Shown: positions 9,714-19,051, numbered from the stretch's first letter. The stretch is 64,000 bases of DNA from Pirellulales bacterium (GCA_040877415.1 JBBDNV010000140.1:6157-70156), one strand, 5' to 3'. Made by a program: numbers and translations. Notes: generated by a model from the letters alone, not told the origin.

Positions 9714-11153
9714 ATGGCTGAAACCAGAAGCACCAGCGTTCGCAAATCCGCAACCAAGACGCCCCTCCCGCCGGGCGAGTTTCAACGGCGGCAAAACGAC
9801 AGCGAGCCTATGAGCCTGGCCGAGGAATTGGCCGACGAGGCGGCCCATCTGAGTGACGACACGGACGACCGCTACGAACAGATCAAGCAGGGCGATATGC
9901 ACATCGCCGAACTGCAGCGGATGACCATGCCGCAGTTGATCGAGCAGGCCCGCAAGGAAAACCTCTCCGAAATCGCCGGCATCAAGAAACAGGATCTGAT
10001 CTTCAAGATCCTCAAGGAGCGAGTGAAGCTCAACGGGTTGATGTTCGGCGAAGGGACGCTGGAGATCCTGCCCGACGGCTTTGGGTTTCTGCGCAGCCCG
10101 GACTATCACTACCTGTCGTGCCCGGATGACATCTACGTTTCGCCGAGCCAGATTCGCCGCTTCGGGCTGCGGACCGGCGCCACGGTGTCGGGGCAGATTC
10201 GCCCGCCCAAGGAGAACGAGCGTTATTTTGCGCTGCTGCGCGTCGAGGCGATCAACTATCAGGATCCGAACCAGTTGGCCGAGAAGGTGTTCTTCGACGA
10301 TCTGACTCCCTTGCACCCCGACAAGCGCGTGGTGCTGGAAACGACGGCCGAGGAAACGGAAATGCGCGTCGTCGACCTGATCGTGCCGATCGGCTTCGGG
10401 CAGCGCGGGCTGATCGTCAGCCCGCCGCGCGCCGGCAAGACGATCCTATTGCAAAAAATGGCCAAGGCCGTGCTCGTGAATCACCCCGAGGTGTACGTGA
10501 TCATGCTCTTGATCGACGAGCGGCCCGAAGAGGTCACCGACATGGAGCGGCAGGTCAAGGGCACCAACTGCGAAGTGATCAGCTCGACCTTCGACGAGCC
10601 GGCCGCGCGGCACATCCAGGTTTCCGAAATGGTGATCGAAAAAGCCAAGCGGATGGTCGAATACGGGTACGACGTGGTCATTTTCCTCGATTCGATCACG
10701 CGGCTGGCGCGGGCCTGGAATTCCGAATGTCCTCACTCGGGAAAGATTCTTTCAGGCGGCGTCGACGCCAATGCGCTGCAGCGGCCGAAGCGGTTCTTCG
10801 GCTCGGCGCGCAAGATCGAGGAGGGCGGCTCGCTGACGATCATCGCCACGGCGCTGATCGACACCGGCAGCAGGATGGACGAGGTGATCTTCGAGGAATT
10901 CAAGGGCACCGGCAACCTGGAAATCGTGCTCGACCGGCGATTGGTCGACAAGCGCATCTGGCCGGCCATCGACATCGGCGGCAGCGGCACGCGGCGCGAG
11001 GAAATGTTGATGGATCCCGAAGAATACCGCCGCGTCTGCATCCTGCGCCGCGTGCTCAACGACATGAACGGCCCCGACGCCATGGAACTGCTCGTGACCC
11101 GCCTGCAAAAAACCAAGACCAACGCCGAATTTCTGATGAGCATGAAGTCGTAG
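9714..11153 (+). CDS. rho: Transcription termination factor Rho (with an N-terminal extension of about 60 aa)
   Basis: AGGAG lies 6 nt before the ATG at 9714. Walker [19 protein letters not shown]-binding domain (GFGFLR) and a Rho C-terminus. Confidence 0.95.
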   Translation: MAETRSTSVRKSATKTPLPPGEFQRRQNDSEPMSLAEELADEAAHLSDDTDDRYEQIKQGDMHIAELQRMTMPQLIEQARKENLSEIAGIKKQDLIFKILKERVKLNGLMFGEGTLEILPDGFGFLRSPDYHYLSCPDDIYVSPSQIRRFGLRTGATVSGQIRPPKENERYFALLRVEAINYQDPNQLAEKVFFDDLTPLHPDKRVVLETTAEETEMRVVDLIVPIGFGQRGLIVSPPRAGKTILLQKMAKAVLVNHPEVYVIMLLIDERPEEVTDMERQVKGTNCEVISSTFDEPAARHIQVSEMVIEKAKRMVEYGYDVVIFLDSITRLARAWNSECPHSGKILSGGVDANALQRPKRFFGSARKIEEGGSLTIIATALIDTGSRMDEVIFEEFKGTGNLEIVLDRRLVDKRIWPAIDIGGSGTRREEMLMDPEEYRRVCILRRVLNDMNGPDAMELLVTRLQKTKTNAEFLMSMKS

Positions 11154-11155
11154 TT

Positions 11156-11263
11156 GTAGCAGGCACGCTCCGCCGTGCCGTCCGCCGTGGTGCCATGGGA
11201 ACAGCATCACGTAGAGTTTAAACACACTTAATTCGGCTACGGCACGCCCAGCGTGCCTGCTAC
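11156..11263. repeat. Long inverted repeat, family E (GTAGCAGGCACGCT...AGCGTGCCTGCTAC)
   Basis: It starts 3 nt after the rho stop. The 14-bp terminal arms are perfect and extend imperfectly to about 24 bp. Each arm contains its own GGCACG-N5/6-CGTGCC hairpin. Confidence 0.8.
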
Positions 11264-11268
11264 CGGAA

Positions 11269-11751
11269 GTGCCCGTGCCACGCGTTTTTGAAGGCAACCT
11301 GAACGCTCCGGACGGATCGCTGGCGATCGTCGTGTCGCGCTACAACGAGTCGATCACTCGCAACTTGCTGGCCGGAGCGCTCGAGACGCTTGCGGAAAAC
11401 GGCGTCAGCGACGCGCGGGTTGACGTGGCCTGGGTCCCGGGCGCCTGGGAGATTCCGCTCGTGGCGGACCGCATGGCCAAGAGCGGCCGCTACGCGGCCG
11501 TCATTTGTCTGGGAGCGGTCATCCGCGGCGAAACCACGCACGACCAGCACATCAACCGGGCCGTGAGCATCGGTCTGGGGCAGGCGGGTTTGCATTCGGG
11601 CGTGCCGGTCTTGTTCGGCGTTTTGACCTGCGATACCCTCGAACAGGCCATCCATCGGTCCGGCGGAAACGTCGGCAACAAAGGGAGAGAATGTGCCACC
11701 GCAGCCTTGGAAATGATCAACTTGCTGAGCCGGATGAAGGCCGAAGGATGA
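11269..11751 (+). CDS. ribH: 6,7-dimethyl-8-ribityllumazine synthase
   Basis: IVVSRYNESI, VPGAWEIP and GVLT motifs; 160 aa. Confidence 0.9.
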   Translation: MPVPRVFEGNLNAPDGSLAIVVSRYNESITRNLLAGALETLAENGVSDARVDVAWVPGAWEIPLVADRMAKSGRYAAVICLGAVIRGETTHDQHINRAVSIGLGQAGLHSGVPVLFGVLTCDTLEQAIHRSGGNVGNKGRECATAALEMINLLSRMKAEG

Positions 11752-11856
11752 ACGTCGAGCCCCACGCCCGGCTCGATTGAGACTCGCCGAAGTCGACACT
11801 CCCCCCGCGCCCTCTTGACCACTAAATACCAGCCACTAGCCACGAACCACTAAGCA

Positions 11857-12264
11857 ATGGCCCGTCGCACGCGAGCTCGCGAAGTTGCGATGCAGGTCCT
11901 GTACCAGGACGATCTCAATCCCACGCACTCGTCGGCCGACGAAGAACGCTTCGTCGCGGGCCGCCTGCAGGCGCCGGAATTGATCGAGTTCGCAGGCTCG
12001 CTCGTCGCCGGCGTGCGCCGCAATCGGGCCGAACTCGACCACCTGCTGGCCCAGACTGCCGACCACTGGAGCCTCGAGCGGATGGCTGCCACCGACCGCA
12101 ACGTGCTGAGGCTGGGGGCCTATGAAATCCTTTACGCCGACACGCCCGGCCGCGTGGCCATCAACGAGGCGGTCGAATTGGCCAAACGCTTCGGCACCCG
12201 GCAATCGGCGCAATTCGTCAACGGCATTCTCGACCGGTTGCTCGCCGACCACGAAAAACAATAA
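11857..12264 (+). CDS. nusB: Transcription antitermination factor NusB
   Basis: RTRAREVAMQVLYQ N-terminus; 135 aa. The ribH-nusB adjacency is classical. Confidence 0.85.
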   Translation: MARRTRAREVAMQVLYQDDLNPTHSSADEERFVAGRLQAPELIEFAGSLVAGVRRNRAELDHLLAQTADHWSLERMAATDRNVLRLGAYEILYADTPGRVAINEAVELAKRFGTRQSAQFVNGILDRLLADHEKQ

Positions 12265-12288
12265 GGGTGGCACTCGCAAAAGGAAATC

Positions 12289-13227
12289 ATGGGTTTCTTC
12301 GACAAGATCAAGAAAGGTCTGCAAAAGACCTCGCAGCTACTGAATACCGACGTTCGCGATCTCTTCAAAAGCCAGGGCCGGCTCATCGACGAGGCCTTTC
12401 TGGAAGAGTTGACGGCCGTGCTCATCAAGACCGACATGGGCGTCGTGGCGACGCAGGCCATCGTCGATGAGGTCGGCACGAAATTCCGCGCCCGCGTCAT
12501 GCAAATGGAAGACGTGCTGGCCACGGTAAAGGTCAAGCTCAAGCAATTGATGGCCCAGGAGGAAGAGCCGATTCGCTTCGCTTCCGTGGGGCCCACCGTG
12601 ATCATGGTGGCGGGGGTCAACGGCGCCGGAAAAACGACGTCGATCGCCAAGCTGGCCCACCTCTTCAAATCGCAGGGCAAATCGGTCGTGTTGGGCGCAG
12701 GCGACACGTTCCGCGCCGCCGCGGTCGAGCAATTGACGGTCTGGGCCGATCGCCTGGGAGTCGAAATCGTCAAGGGAGAGCAGGGGAGCGACCCGGCCAG
12801 CGTGGCCCACCGCGCCGTGGCCAAAGCCATCGAATCGAAGGCCGACGTGTGCATCGTCGACACGGCCGGCCGGCTGCAGACGCAGCAGAACCTGATGCAG
12901 GAGCTGTCCAAGATTTACCGCGTCATCGGCAAACAGATCGCCGACGCTCCCCACGAAATCCTGCTGGTGCTCGACGCCACCACCGGCCAGAACGGCATCA
13001 GCCAGGCGCGGCACTTTACCGACGCGGTAAACTGTACCGGCATCGTGCTGGCAAAGCTTGACGGTACGGCAAAAGGTGGCGTCGTGGTGGCCATTCGCCA
13101 GCAGGTGGGCCTGCCCGTCAAGTACGTCGGCGTGGGCGAGCGTCCGGAGGATCTGACGCTGTTCGTGGCCGACGATTTCGTCGACGCGCTGTTCGAGGAT
13201 TTGGTCGCGCCGCGGGCGGCGGGCTAG
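12289..13227 (+). CDS. ftsY: Signal recognition particle receptor FtsY
   Basis: SRP GTPase motifs GVNGAGKTTSIAKLA, DTAGR and AKLDGTAKGG. Confidence 0.9.
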   Translation: MGFFDKIKKGLQKTSQLLNTDVRDLFKSQGRLIDEAFLEELTAVLIKTDMGVVATQAIVDEVGTKFRARVMQMEDVLATVKVKLKQLMAQEEEPIRFASVGPTVIMVAGVNGAGKTTSIAKLAHLFKSQGKSVVLGAGDTFRAAAVEQLTVWADRLGVEIVKGEQGSDPASVAHRAVAKAIESKADVCIVDTAGRLQTQQNLMQELSKIYRVIGKQIADAPHEILLVLDATTGQNGISQARHFTDAVNCTGIVLAKLDGTAKGGVVVAIRQQVGLPVKYVGVGERPEDLTLFVADDFVDALFEDLVAPRAAG

Positions 13228-13595
13228 TCCCCCGCACGCATTCGCCGCGCGCGCCGCCCTTTGAGGGTCCCGTGCGTCGCGGCACGCGCAGGCCCTTCTC
13301 CCATCCGCACACTCTGCGGATTCCGCATATTCGGACTACGAGCGAAACTCTCGCGGGCCTACTTTCCGATCATCCCTCAAGCTTTCTCCATCCTGTTGCC
13401 AAAACTACTGTTGCGGCCGGATTACACGTTGTTTCGGGTTAATCCGCTTCATCCACTACGCCGATAGCAGCAGTGCGGAGCCGAAGTGGAGTCTAGGCGG
13501 CCATTCCTATTTCGCGCTCGATCACAGTGAGTTCGAAGCCCACCTGAGTGTTCCCAAATACACTCGCACCCGTTTCAATGGATTGGAGAACGGAC

Positions 13596-15029
13596 ATGAA
13601 ACCCACGAAGTTGGCACTGGCTGGCGCCCTGGCCAGCCTGCTGTCGGCCGGGACCGCCTACGCCCAAAGCGGATGGAGTCAACCCTCGTCTGTCCAGCAG
13701 ACAGCGTTTGAGTACAACAGTTATTACGCCCAGGACTACGATGAGAAGGCCGGCGCCAAAGCGCGCGGCGTGGAAGCCGAGCCCGATCCTGAAGCCAAGC
13801 CCAGCAACGGCGGCGAGGAAGAGGAGCCCAGCTTCGGCAACGGCTGCGGCACTCTTTTGAACCCCTGCTGCTGCCTCGGCGAGCAGTGGAAATTGTTCGA
13901 TTCCGAGTGCCTGACGTGCCGCGACATGACCATTGCCGGTTTTCTCGATCACGGCTTTTCGTGGAACCCTGACAATCCGCTCGACCGGTACAACGGTCCC
14001 ACCACGTTCAACAATCGAGCCAATGAGTACAACCTCAACCAAGCGTATTTGTATGGGGAGAAAGCCGTTGACACGGAGGGTTGCGGCTGGGATTTCGGCG
14101 GCCGTATCGACTTGCTTTACGGCACGGACTCTTTCTTGACGCTAGCCCGCGGCTGGGATGGCAGCCGCACTATTGGCGCGCCGCGGTGGCGCTCCTCGCG
14201 CCTGTACGGCTTAGCCATGCCGCAGGCTTACGGCGAAGTTGGCTACAACAAATGGAAGTTCAAAATCGGCCATTTCTACACTCCGGCCGGGTACGAAGTC
14301 GTCCCGTCCACGGGGAACTTCTTCTATTCGCACGCGCTGACGCATCAGTACTTCGAGCCATTTACGCACTCCGGGGCGCTGGCAACGTTTACGGCCAACG
14401 AGCAACTCACGATTCTGGCTGGCCCCGTGACTGGCTGGGACAACTGGGATGGAGAGCCTGGTAACGAGAACTGGTCGTTTCTCGGCGGATTCACCGTCTC
14501 CAGCGAGGACAAGGAACGGTCGCTTGCCTTCGTTCTGACCGATGGCCTTGAATACAACATCAACGGTGTTGCCACCAATCGGTACTACGACAGTATTACC
14601 TACAGCAGTAAGCTGAGCGACAGGACGACCTTTGTTTTGGAGCATGACTTCGGCGCTCAGGATGATGGCAAGATCGGTGGCGGCGGGGCCGCATACTGGT
14701 ACAGTCTTACGGGCTACCTGTTCTACAAGGTGAGCGACTGCACGACATACGGGGCCCGCCTCGGGTGGGCGCGTGACCAGGACGGTACACGCGTGTACCC
14801 CGTGGGCGACTTCCGCGGCGGCAACGTAGCGTCGGTCGGTGGTTTCGCGGGTAACTTCTGGGAAATCACCGGAGGCATCAACTACAAATTGAGTGCCAAC
14901 ACTGTGTTCCGGCCGGAGCTCCGCTGGGAATGGTTTGACGGACAAGCGCTAAACGGCGTTCAGCCGTACGACAACGGCACCGGCGACTTCCAGTTCCTCG
15001 CGGCCTTTGACATCGTCACGACGTTCTAG
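13596..15029 (+). CDS. Putative outer-membrane beta-barrel (planctomycetal porin-like) with a Cys-rich N-terminal segment
   Basis: GGAGAA precedes the ATG at 13596. Signal peptide ...GTAYAQ, cluster GNGCGTLLNPCCCLGEQW...CLTC, alternating aromatic/glycine pattern and terminal ...DIVTTF (C-terminal Phe beta-signal). The family assignment (BBP7/DUF1551-like) is from memory only. Confidence 0.6.
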   Translation: MKPTKLALAGALASLLSAGTAYAQSGWSQPSSVQQTAFEYNSYYAQDYDEKAGAKARGVEAEPDPEAKPSNGGEEEEPSFGNGCGTLLNPCCCLGEQWKLFDSECLTCRDMTIAGFLDHGFSWNPDNPLDRYNGPTTFNNRANEYNLNQAYLYGEKAVDTEGCGWDFGGRIDLLYGTDSFLTLARGWDGSRTIGAPRWRSSRLYGLAMPQAYGEVGYNKWKFKIGHFYTPAGYEVVPSTGNFFYSHALTHQYFEPFTHSGALATFTANEQLTILAGPVTGWDNWDGEPGNENWSFLGGFTVSSEDKERSLAFVLTDGLEYNINGVATNRYYDSITYSSKLSDRTTFVLEHDFGAQDDGKIGGGGAAYWYSLTGYLFYKVSDCTTYGARLGWARDQDGTRVYPVGDFRGGNVASVGGFAGNFWEITGGINYKLSANTVFRPELRWEWFDGQALNGVQPYDNGTGDFQFLAAFDIVTTF

Positions 15030-15071
15030 GCGCGGGTGCTGCAACGACGGACCGGATTTGAATTTCTTCAT

Positions 15072-15109
15072 GTCGCCCGCGCCACCCTTGGCGCGGGCGA
15101 CATTTTTTT
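15072..15109 (+). terminator. Intrinsic terminator
   Basis: GTCGCCCGCGCC-accctt-GGCGCGGGCGAC followed by ATTTTTTT, 43 nt after the barrel-protein stop. Confidence 0.75.
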
Positions 15110-15201
15110 CGACCATTGCGGAATAAGGCGGACATTCCGAAATTTCCGCGCCAATTCCCCCGGTCGGGCGACTTTCGAGCGTTCGCGGGAAAGCCCGAAC
15201 T

Positions 15202-17124
15202 CTAATGGCAGCACTTGGACGCCACGGCCAGCTTCTTCGGTGACGGCGGCACGTCGTTGGCCGGATTGAGATTGAAGAAGCCCTGCGGCTTCAGCATAAA
15301 GCCGATGTAGGCCGTGGGCATCACCGGGTAGTCCTCGGGGCGGGGGACGTGCGTATGCCCGAAAGTGTACCAAAACACGATGTCCGTCCCCTCGATCGCG
15401 CGGTCCTGCTCGGTCCAACGGATCAGGCCGTCTCCGCCGGCGCTTTGATTGGGATAATCACCGGCCCCGAATTTTTCGTCGTCGGAAAACGGCGTAACCC
15501 AGACGTGGTAATTCACAAAACCCGCCCGCTTGCGCCACCAGGCATTCGGCGACGCAAGCGGAAACGAATTGTCTCCAGGCACGAACTTGTAGCCTACCGG
15601 CTCGCCGACAGCGTTGCGCGTTTCAGGGTTTACGATTTTCCACGTGCGCGCCGACTGCAGGTTCAGGTGCGCGCGGGCCTGTTTTTCCGTCTTGAGCGTC
15701 GTGGCCTTGGCCTGAAAGGCGTTCTCGAAGGGGTTCGCCTCGCCGGGCTCATCCGCCACGACGTCCACCTGCTGGACGGAATTGGTTGCGCCATCGAGAT
15801 CGAAGTCGAGCCGCACGTTGAAAAAGTGCTGATGGTTCGGGGCGTACAGTTGCGGGGCCACGAGATTGCCGTACTTTGCCGCCTCGCCGGGCCGAAGCGC
15901 CCCCAGCGACAGAACGCCGGTCAACTTGACTTCGAGCTGAATATTGCCGTCCTGGTAAAGGTACCAGAAAAAACCGTATTCGTAATTCTCAACGGTCGAG
16001 ACGCTCGACACCACCAGCCGCCGCGATCGCCGGACCTCGGGAGTGTTCAGGCGGCGGTCGGTGTGCTTCCACAGAATTCCAAAATCCTCCTCGTGCATGC
16101 AGACCGCATTCTTGATCAGTAGCGGCTCGCCGCGGCTCGTGACCAGATGCGCGTCGAAGTATTTGATGAGGCCCAGGCAGTCGCAGCCGAGCTCCAGAGA
16201 ATTGGCGCACATGCCCATGCCGTACTCGCCCACGTCGAAGGCGTTCTTGCGGCGTTGTGTTTCTCCCGGATCCCCGTAGGGCACCACCATCTCGGTCAGC
16301 GACGCGCGATAGACGACCGATCGCTCCCGACCTTGGTCGCGATAGCGCAAGTGATGCAGCGTCAATCCTTCGCGGGCGTTGAAGCCGATCACGAAACTCC
16401 AGTTCTGCCAACGCACCTGGTAGCCGTCGACCTCGAAGCTCGGCCCCTCGGGCTGAAGAATTTCGAGCGGCTTGATGTCCTGGCGAAACTCCTTCACGCG
16501 GTCGGCCGCATAGTTGCACTCCCCCGGCGGCAGCGGCCAAGCGCCATATTCCTCCACGCGGATCACTTGCATCGTGTTCAAATCGACCACCGGCCGCAGC
16601 CCCTCGATCGGCCGCACGTAGCCGTTGTCGGTCGGATCGGCGCGCACGAAGCACAGCGGACGCGCCAGCCGGCGCGCGCCGTCCTCTTCCGCCCCGTAAT
16701 TGCCCGCGCTCCAGATGTCGACCATCACCAGGCTCGTGTCTTCGATGCCGTATTGACGCTTGAGCGCCGCCTTGAATTCCGCGCTGGCGAGCACGGCCTG
16801 TTCGCACTCGACCTGTTCGTCGATCGTCATGGTCGGCTGGGCGCCGGCGATCGACTTCCACGACACGAGTTCCGACGTGCTCAGCGACACGACCGCCTCG
16901 TGGGCCGTGTTCGTCGCATTGTCGAACAGCGCTGCGAACGCTTCGCGCGGAATCGCGCGGCCGCTTTGCGGCGCGTGCACGACTTCCTTGCGCGGTTCCT
17001 TGAGACTGACCGAGACGAAGCGCGTGGTGGGCGTCACCTTGCCCAGCGACTTGAACAGCCCGACCGTCTGCTGGACTTCATCGGCCGAAAGCGGTTCGAG
17101 AGGGTGGCGGAGGTTTCCGGCCAT
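15202..17124 (-). CDS. Copper-containing primary amine oxidase (topaquinone enzyme)
   Basis: TPQ consensus TVENYEYGFFWY (N-Y-E-Y) and copper His motif APNHQHFF. The start was set at MAGNLRHPLEPLS (ATG complement at 17124). The track ORF extends to 17289. Confidence 0.9.
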   Translation of the reverse strand: MAGNLRHPLEPLSADEVQQTVGLFKSLGKVTPTTRFVSVSLKEPRKEVVHAPQSGRAIPREAFAALFDNATNTAHEAVVSLSTSELVSWKSIAGAQPTMTIDEQVECEQAVLASAEFKAALKRQYGIEDTSLVMVDIWSAGNYGAEEDGARRLARPLCFVRADPTDNGYVRPIEGLRPVVDLNTMQVIRVEEYGAWPLPPGECNYAADRVKEFRQDIKPLEILQPEGPSFEVDGYQVRWQNWSFVIGFNAREGLTLHHLRYRDQGRERSVVYRASLTEMVVPYGDPGETQRRKNAFDVGEYGMGMCANSLELGCDCLGLIKYFDAHLVTSRGEPLLIKNAVCMHEEDFGILWKHTDRRLNTPEVRRSRRLVVSSVSTVENYEYGFFWYLYQDGNIQLEVKLTGVLSLGALRPGEAAKYGNLVAPQLYAPNHQHFFNVRLDFDLDGATNSVQQVDVVADEPGEANPFENAFQAKATTLKTEKQARAHLNLQSARTWKIVNPETRNAVGEPVGYKFVPGDNSFPLASPNAWWRKRAGFVNYHVWVTPFSDDEKFGAGDYPNQSAGGDGLIRWTEQDRAIEGTDIVFWYTFGHTHVPRPEDYPVMPTAYIGFMLKPQGFFNLNPANDVPPSPKKLAVASKCCH

Positions 17125-17434
17125 GGTCGTAGACTCCTGAGACGCGACACCCTGGTCAACTCGTGCCTTCCTGCAGACGCGCGAACCGCCCGAATCGGGT
17201 GCGGCCGTTTGCTGGAATCCATCCGCCCCTGGTTTCCGCAACAAATCGTTTGTATAGCGCAGGTTCGCCTGTGTCCAGAAGGCAAACATAATTATGACAC
17301 CCAGGAAGCGCGAGCGGGGCGCCCGTCACGACGACGGAACTGGCAACAGCCAGACGTTGATCGGCGGCGACATCGTGACGATCTACTAAGCAACGATCGA
17401 AAGTTTCACGTCCGAGACTTTGCTTGAACGGAAA

Positions 17435-17467
17435 CGGGGTGGCCGATCTCGGCCACCCCGTTTTTTT
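17435..17467 (+). terminator. Intrinsic terminator-like hairpin; the U-tract is on the plus strand
   Basis: CGGGGTGGCC-gatctc-GGCCACCCCG followed by TTTTTTT and preceded by AAA. It lies between two minus-strand genes. Confidence 0.55.
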
Positions 17468-17502
17468 CTTCGCGTCCGAATGGTCAATGACCCCGGCGCG
17501 TC

Positions 17503-17922
17503 CTAGTAGTTGCCCAGGGCCTTCGATCCGGCCGAGTGGAATCCGTACGATCCGATGATCGGCCCGTTGGCGACCGAGTCGGCCACGGTCGAGAGCGGCA
17601 TGCCGAACCTACGCTGGACGCCCTGGCTGTACGTGTTGCCGGCTTGGCCTTCCGCCTGGTAGGAGAAGCTGCGCACCGCGCCCCGGTTGGCTTGCGCTTG
17701 TTGATAGGGCTGCCACTGGCTGCCGTTCCAAACCACCCAGTTCTTTTGCTTGGACATCCAATACCACCATTGGCCGTTGTGCCAGCGATAGTTCGGATTC
17801 TTGGCCGCCTTGGTCACCTTGGAATCCTTCGAGTCCTTCGGCGCGTCGGCCAGCGTGCTCGTGGTCATCAAGACCGCCGCGGTCGCGATGGCACATGCAC
17901 TCAACAGGAAAAGTTTTCGCAT
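17503..17922 (-). CDS. Small secreted Trp-rich hypothetical protein
   Basis: Signal peptide MRKLFLLSACAIATAAVLM, followed by NPNYRWHNGQWWYWMSKQKNWVVWNGSQWQPY. Confidence 0.55.
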   Translation of the reverse strand: MRKLFLLSACAIATAAVLMTTSTLADAPKDSKDSKVTKAAKNPNYRWHNGQWWYWMSKQKNWVVWNGSQWQPYQQAQANRGAVRSFSYQAEGQAGNTYSQGVQRRFGMPLSTVADSVANGPIIGSYGFHSAGSKALGNY

Positions 17923-18266
17923 GCTTCGGTTCTCCCCTGGTTCATGGAAGGTGTTCGCCTCGCGCTGCTCGCGCAGCGCTCATCCGGAACGGGCCCACGA
18001 TCGAGCCAGTTTTGTCCTCCTCTACCAGCGGCTTCAAAATCGCCAATTCTCGGCCGCCTCTCAATTCTAGGTCACCTGGGGCGCAAGGGGACGGGTGGCC
18101 GAATTCTGCACAAATGCGCTGCGGAGGTTGATGCGCTGTTGGGCAGGTTCTCGATGGTCGCCTGGCCCAAAGCGGTCCAGAGCCCTGACCCTTAGCTTCG
18201 TAACTCGCGGACGCGCTTGATGATGCCCGCGATTTACTCGGGCGAGCCGGGCGGGAACTGCCTTCC

Positions 18267-18282
18267 TGGCACGCAGGTTGCA
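18267..18282 (+). promoter_or_regulatory. Candidate sigma-54 (-24/-12) promoter
   Basis: TGGCAC-GCAGG-TTGCA matches TGGCAC-N5-TTGCW exactly. It is intergenic, on the same strand as the P-II gene and about 300 nt upstream of it. Other TGGCAC occurrences I checked lack the TTGC at the right spacing. Confidence 0.5.
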
Positions 18283-18584
18283 CACAGCCTCAAGCTGCGA
18301 CGACCGGACGTGCGATCGGCGCATCGTCTCGGAAGCGATTGCGTGTCGGTTTTCCTGGACCGAACGCGACCACTGGACGGCGAAAACTTCGGCTCTTGCC
18401 TGGGCCAGAAGGTTACCCCTGTCGCTTGGGTAGGTTTCCGCCTAACCTGCCCAGGCCCAGGGGCTTTTTGTTTCAAGGCACTGGCGGAATGTGCTCGTCG
18501 TTGCTCAATGGCGGCCGGACAGTTAGAACTACACGGCAGGGACCCTCAGGTGGGCCGGCCTGGCAAATCGGGAGATTCGGTGTC

Positions 18585-18932
18585 ATGAAGTTGATCATCG
18601 CCATCATCCAGCCGACGCGGCTGGAAGCGGTGAAGGCCGCGCTTTCGGAGGTCGAGGTGTTTCGATTGACCGTCATGGACGTGCAGGGCTTCGGACGGCA
18701 AAAAGGACAGACCGAGGTGTACCGCGGCCATGAGGTCACGGTCAACCTGCTCCGCAAGGTGCAATTGCAAATCGCCGTCAACGAACAATTCGTCGAGCCG
18801 ACCGTGAGCGCCATCATCAAGGGGGGCCGCACCGGGAAGAGCGGCGAAATCGGCGACGGCAAAATCTTCGTGCTGCCGCTCGACGACTGCATACGCATCC
18901 GAACCGGAGAACGCGGCGGCGAGGCGATCTAA
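18585..18932 (+). CDS. glnB: Nitrogen regulatory protein P-II
   Basis: MKLIIAIIQP..., T-loop GFGRQKGQTEVYRGHE with the conserved Tyr, and GDGKIFVLPL. ATG at 18585 inside track ORF 18339..18932. Confidence 0.9.
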   Translation: MKLIIAIIQPTRLEAVKAALSEVEVFRLTVMDVQGFGRQKGQTEVYRGHEVTVNLLRKVQLQIAVNEQFVEPTVSAIIKGGRTGKSGEIGDGKIFVLPLDDCIRIRTGERGGEAI

Positions 18933-18937
18933 TTAAG

Positions 18938-18957
18938 CCAGGGAAGGCCTTCCCTGG
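18938..18957. repeat. Perfect palindrome, family C (CCAGGGAAGG|CCTTCCCTGG)
   Basis: It starts 6 nt after the glnB stop. The same core recurs at 36083..36108. Confidence 0.8.
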
Positions 18958-19051
18958 GCGTTCTCAACGTACGCCCGCTTTCCCCTTCCGTTTGGCGTCG
19001 ACGCCCGGTGCCATGCTCACGTCTGCGTGAGCATGCGGAAACAACACCGGC

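Noticed and set aside
11154-11268. FMN riboswitch upstream of ribH; cobalamin riboswitch upstream of cobA/hemD (28557-28805); trp leader or attenuator upstream of trpE (42289-42731).
   Set aside because: The ribH spacer is fully occupied by a palindromic repeat. I could not find the conserved B12-box-like core or FMN-element motifs by eye. The trpE spacer has no Trp-codon leader peptide (ORF 42425..42628 is Arg/Lys-rich and implausible). A covariance-model scan (Infernal/Rfam) would be the decisive test.
18340-18584. Glutamine riboswitch (glnA RNA / downstream-peptide type) in the P-II leader.
   Set aside because: The conserved GGAAGUAGG and AAGGAACGC-type segments I remember for that class are not present. 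Only a generic terminator-like hairpin is visible.
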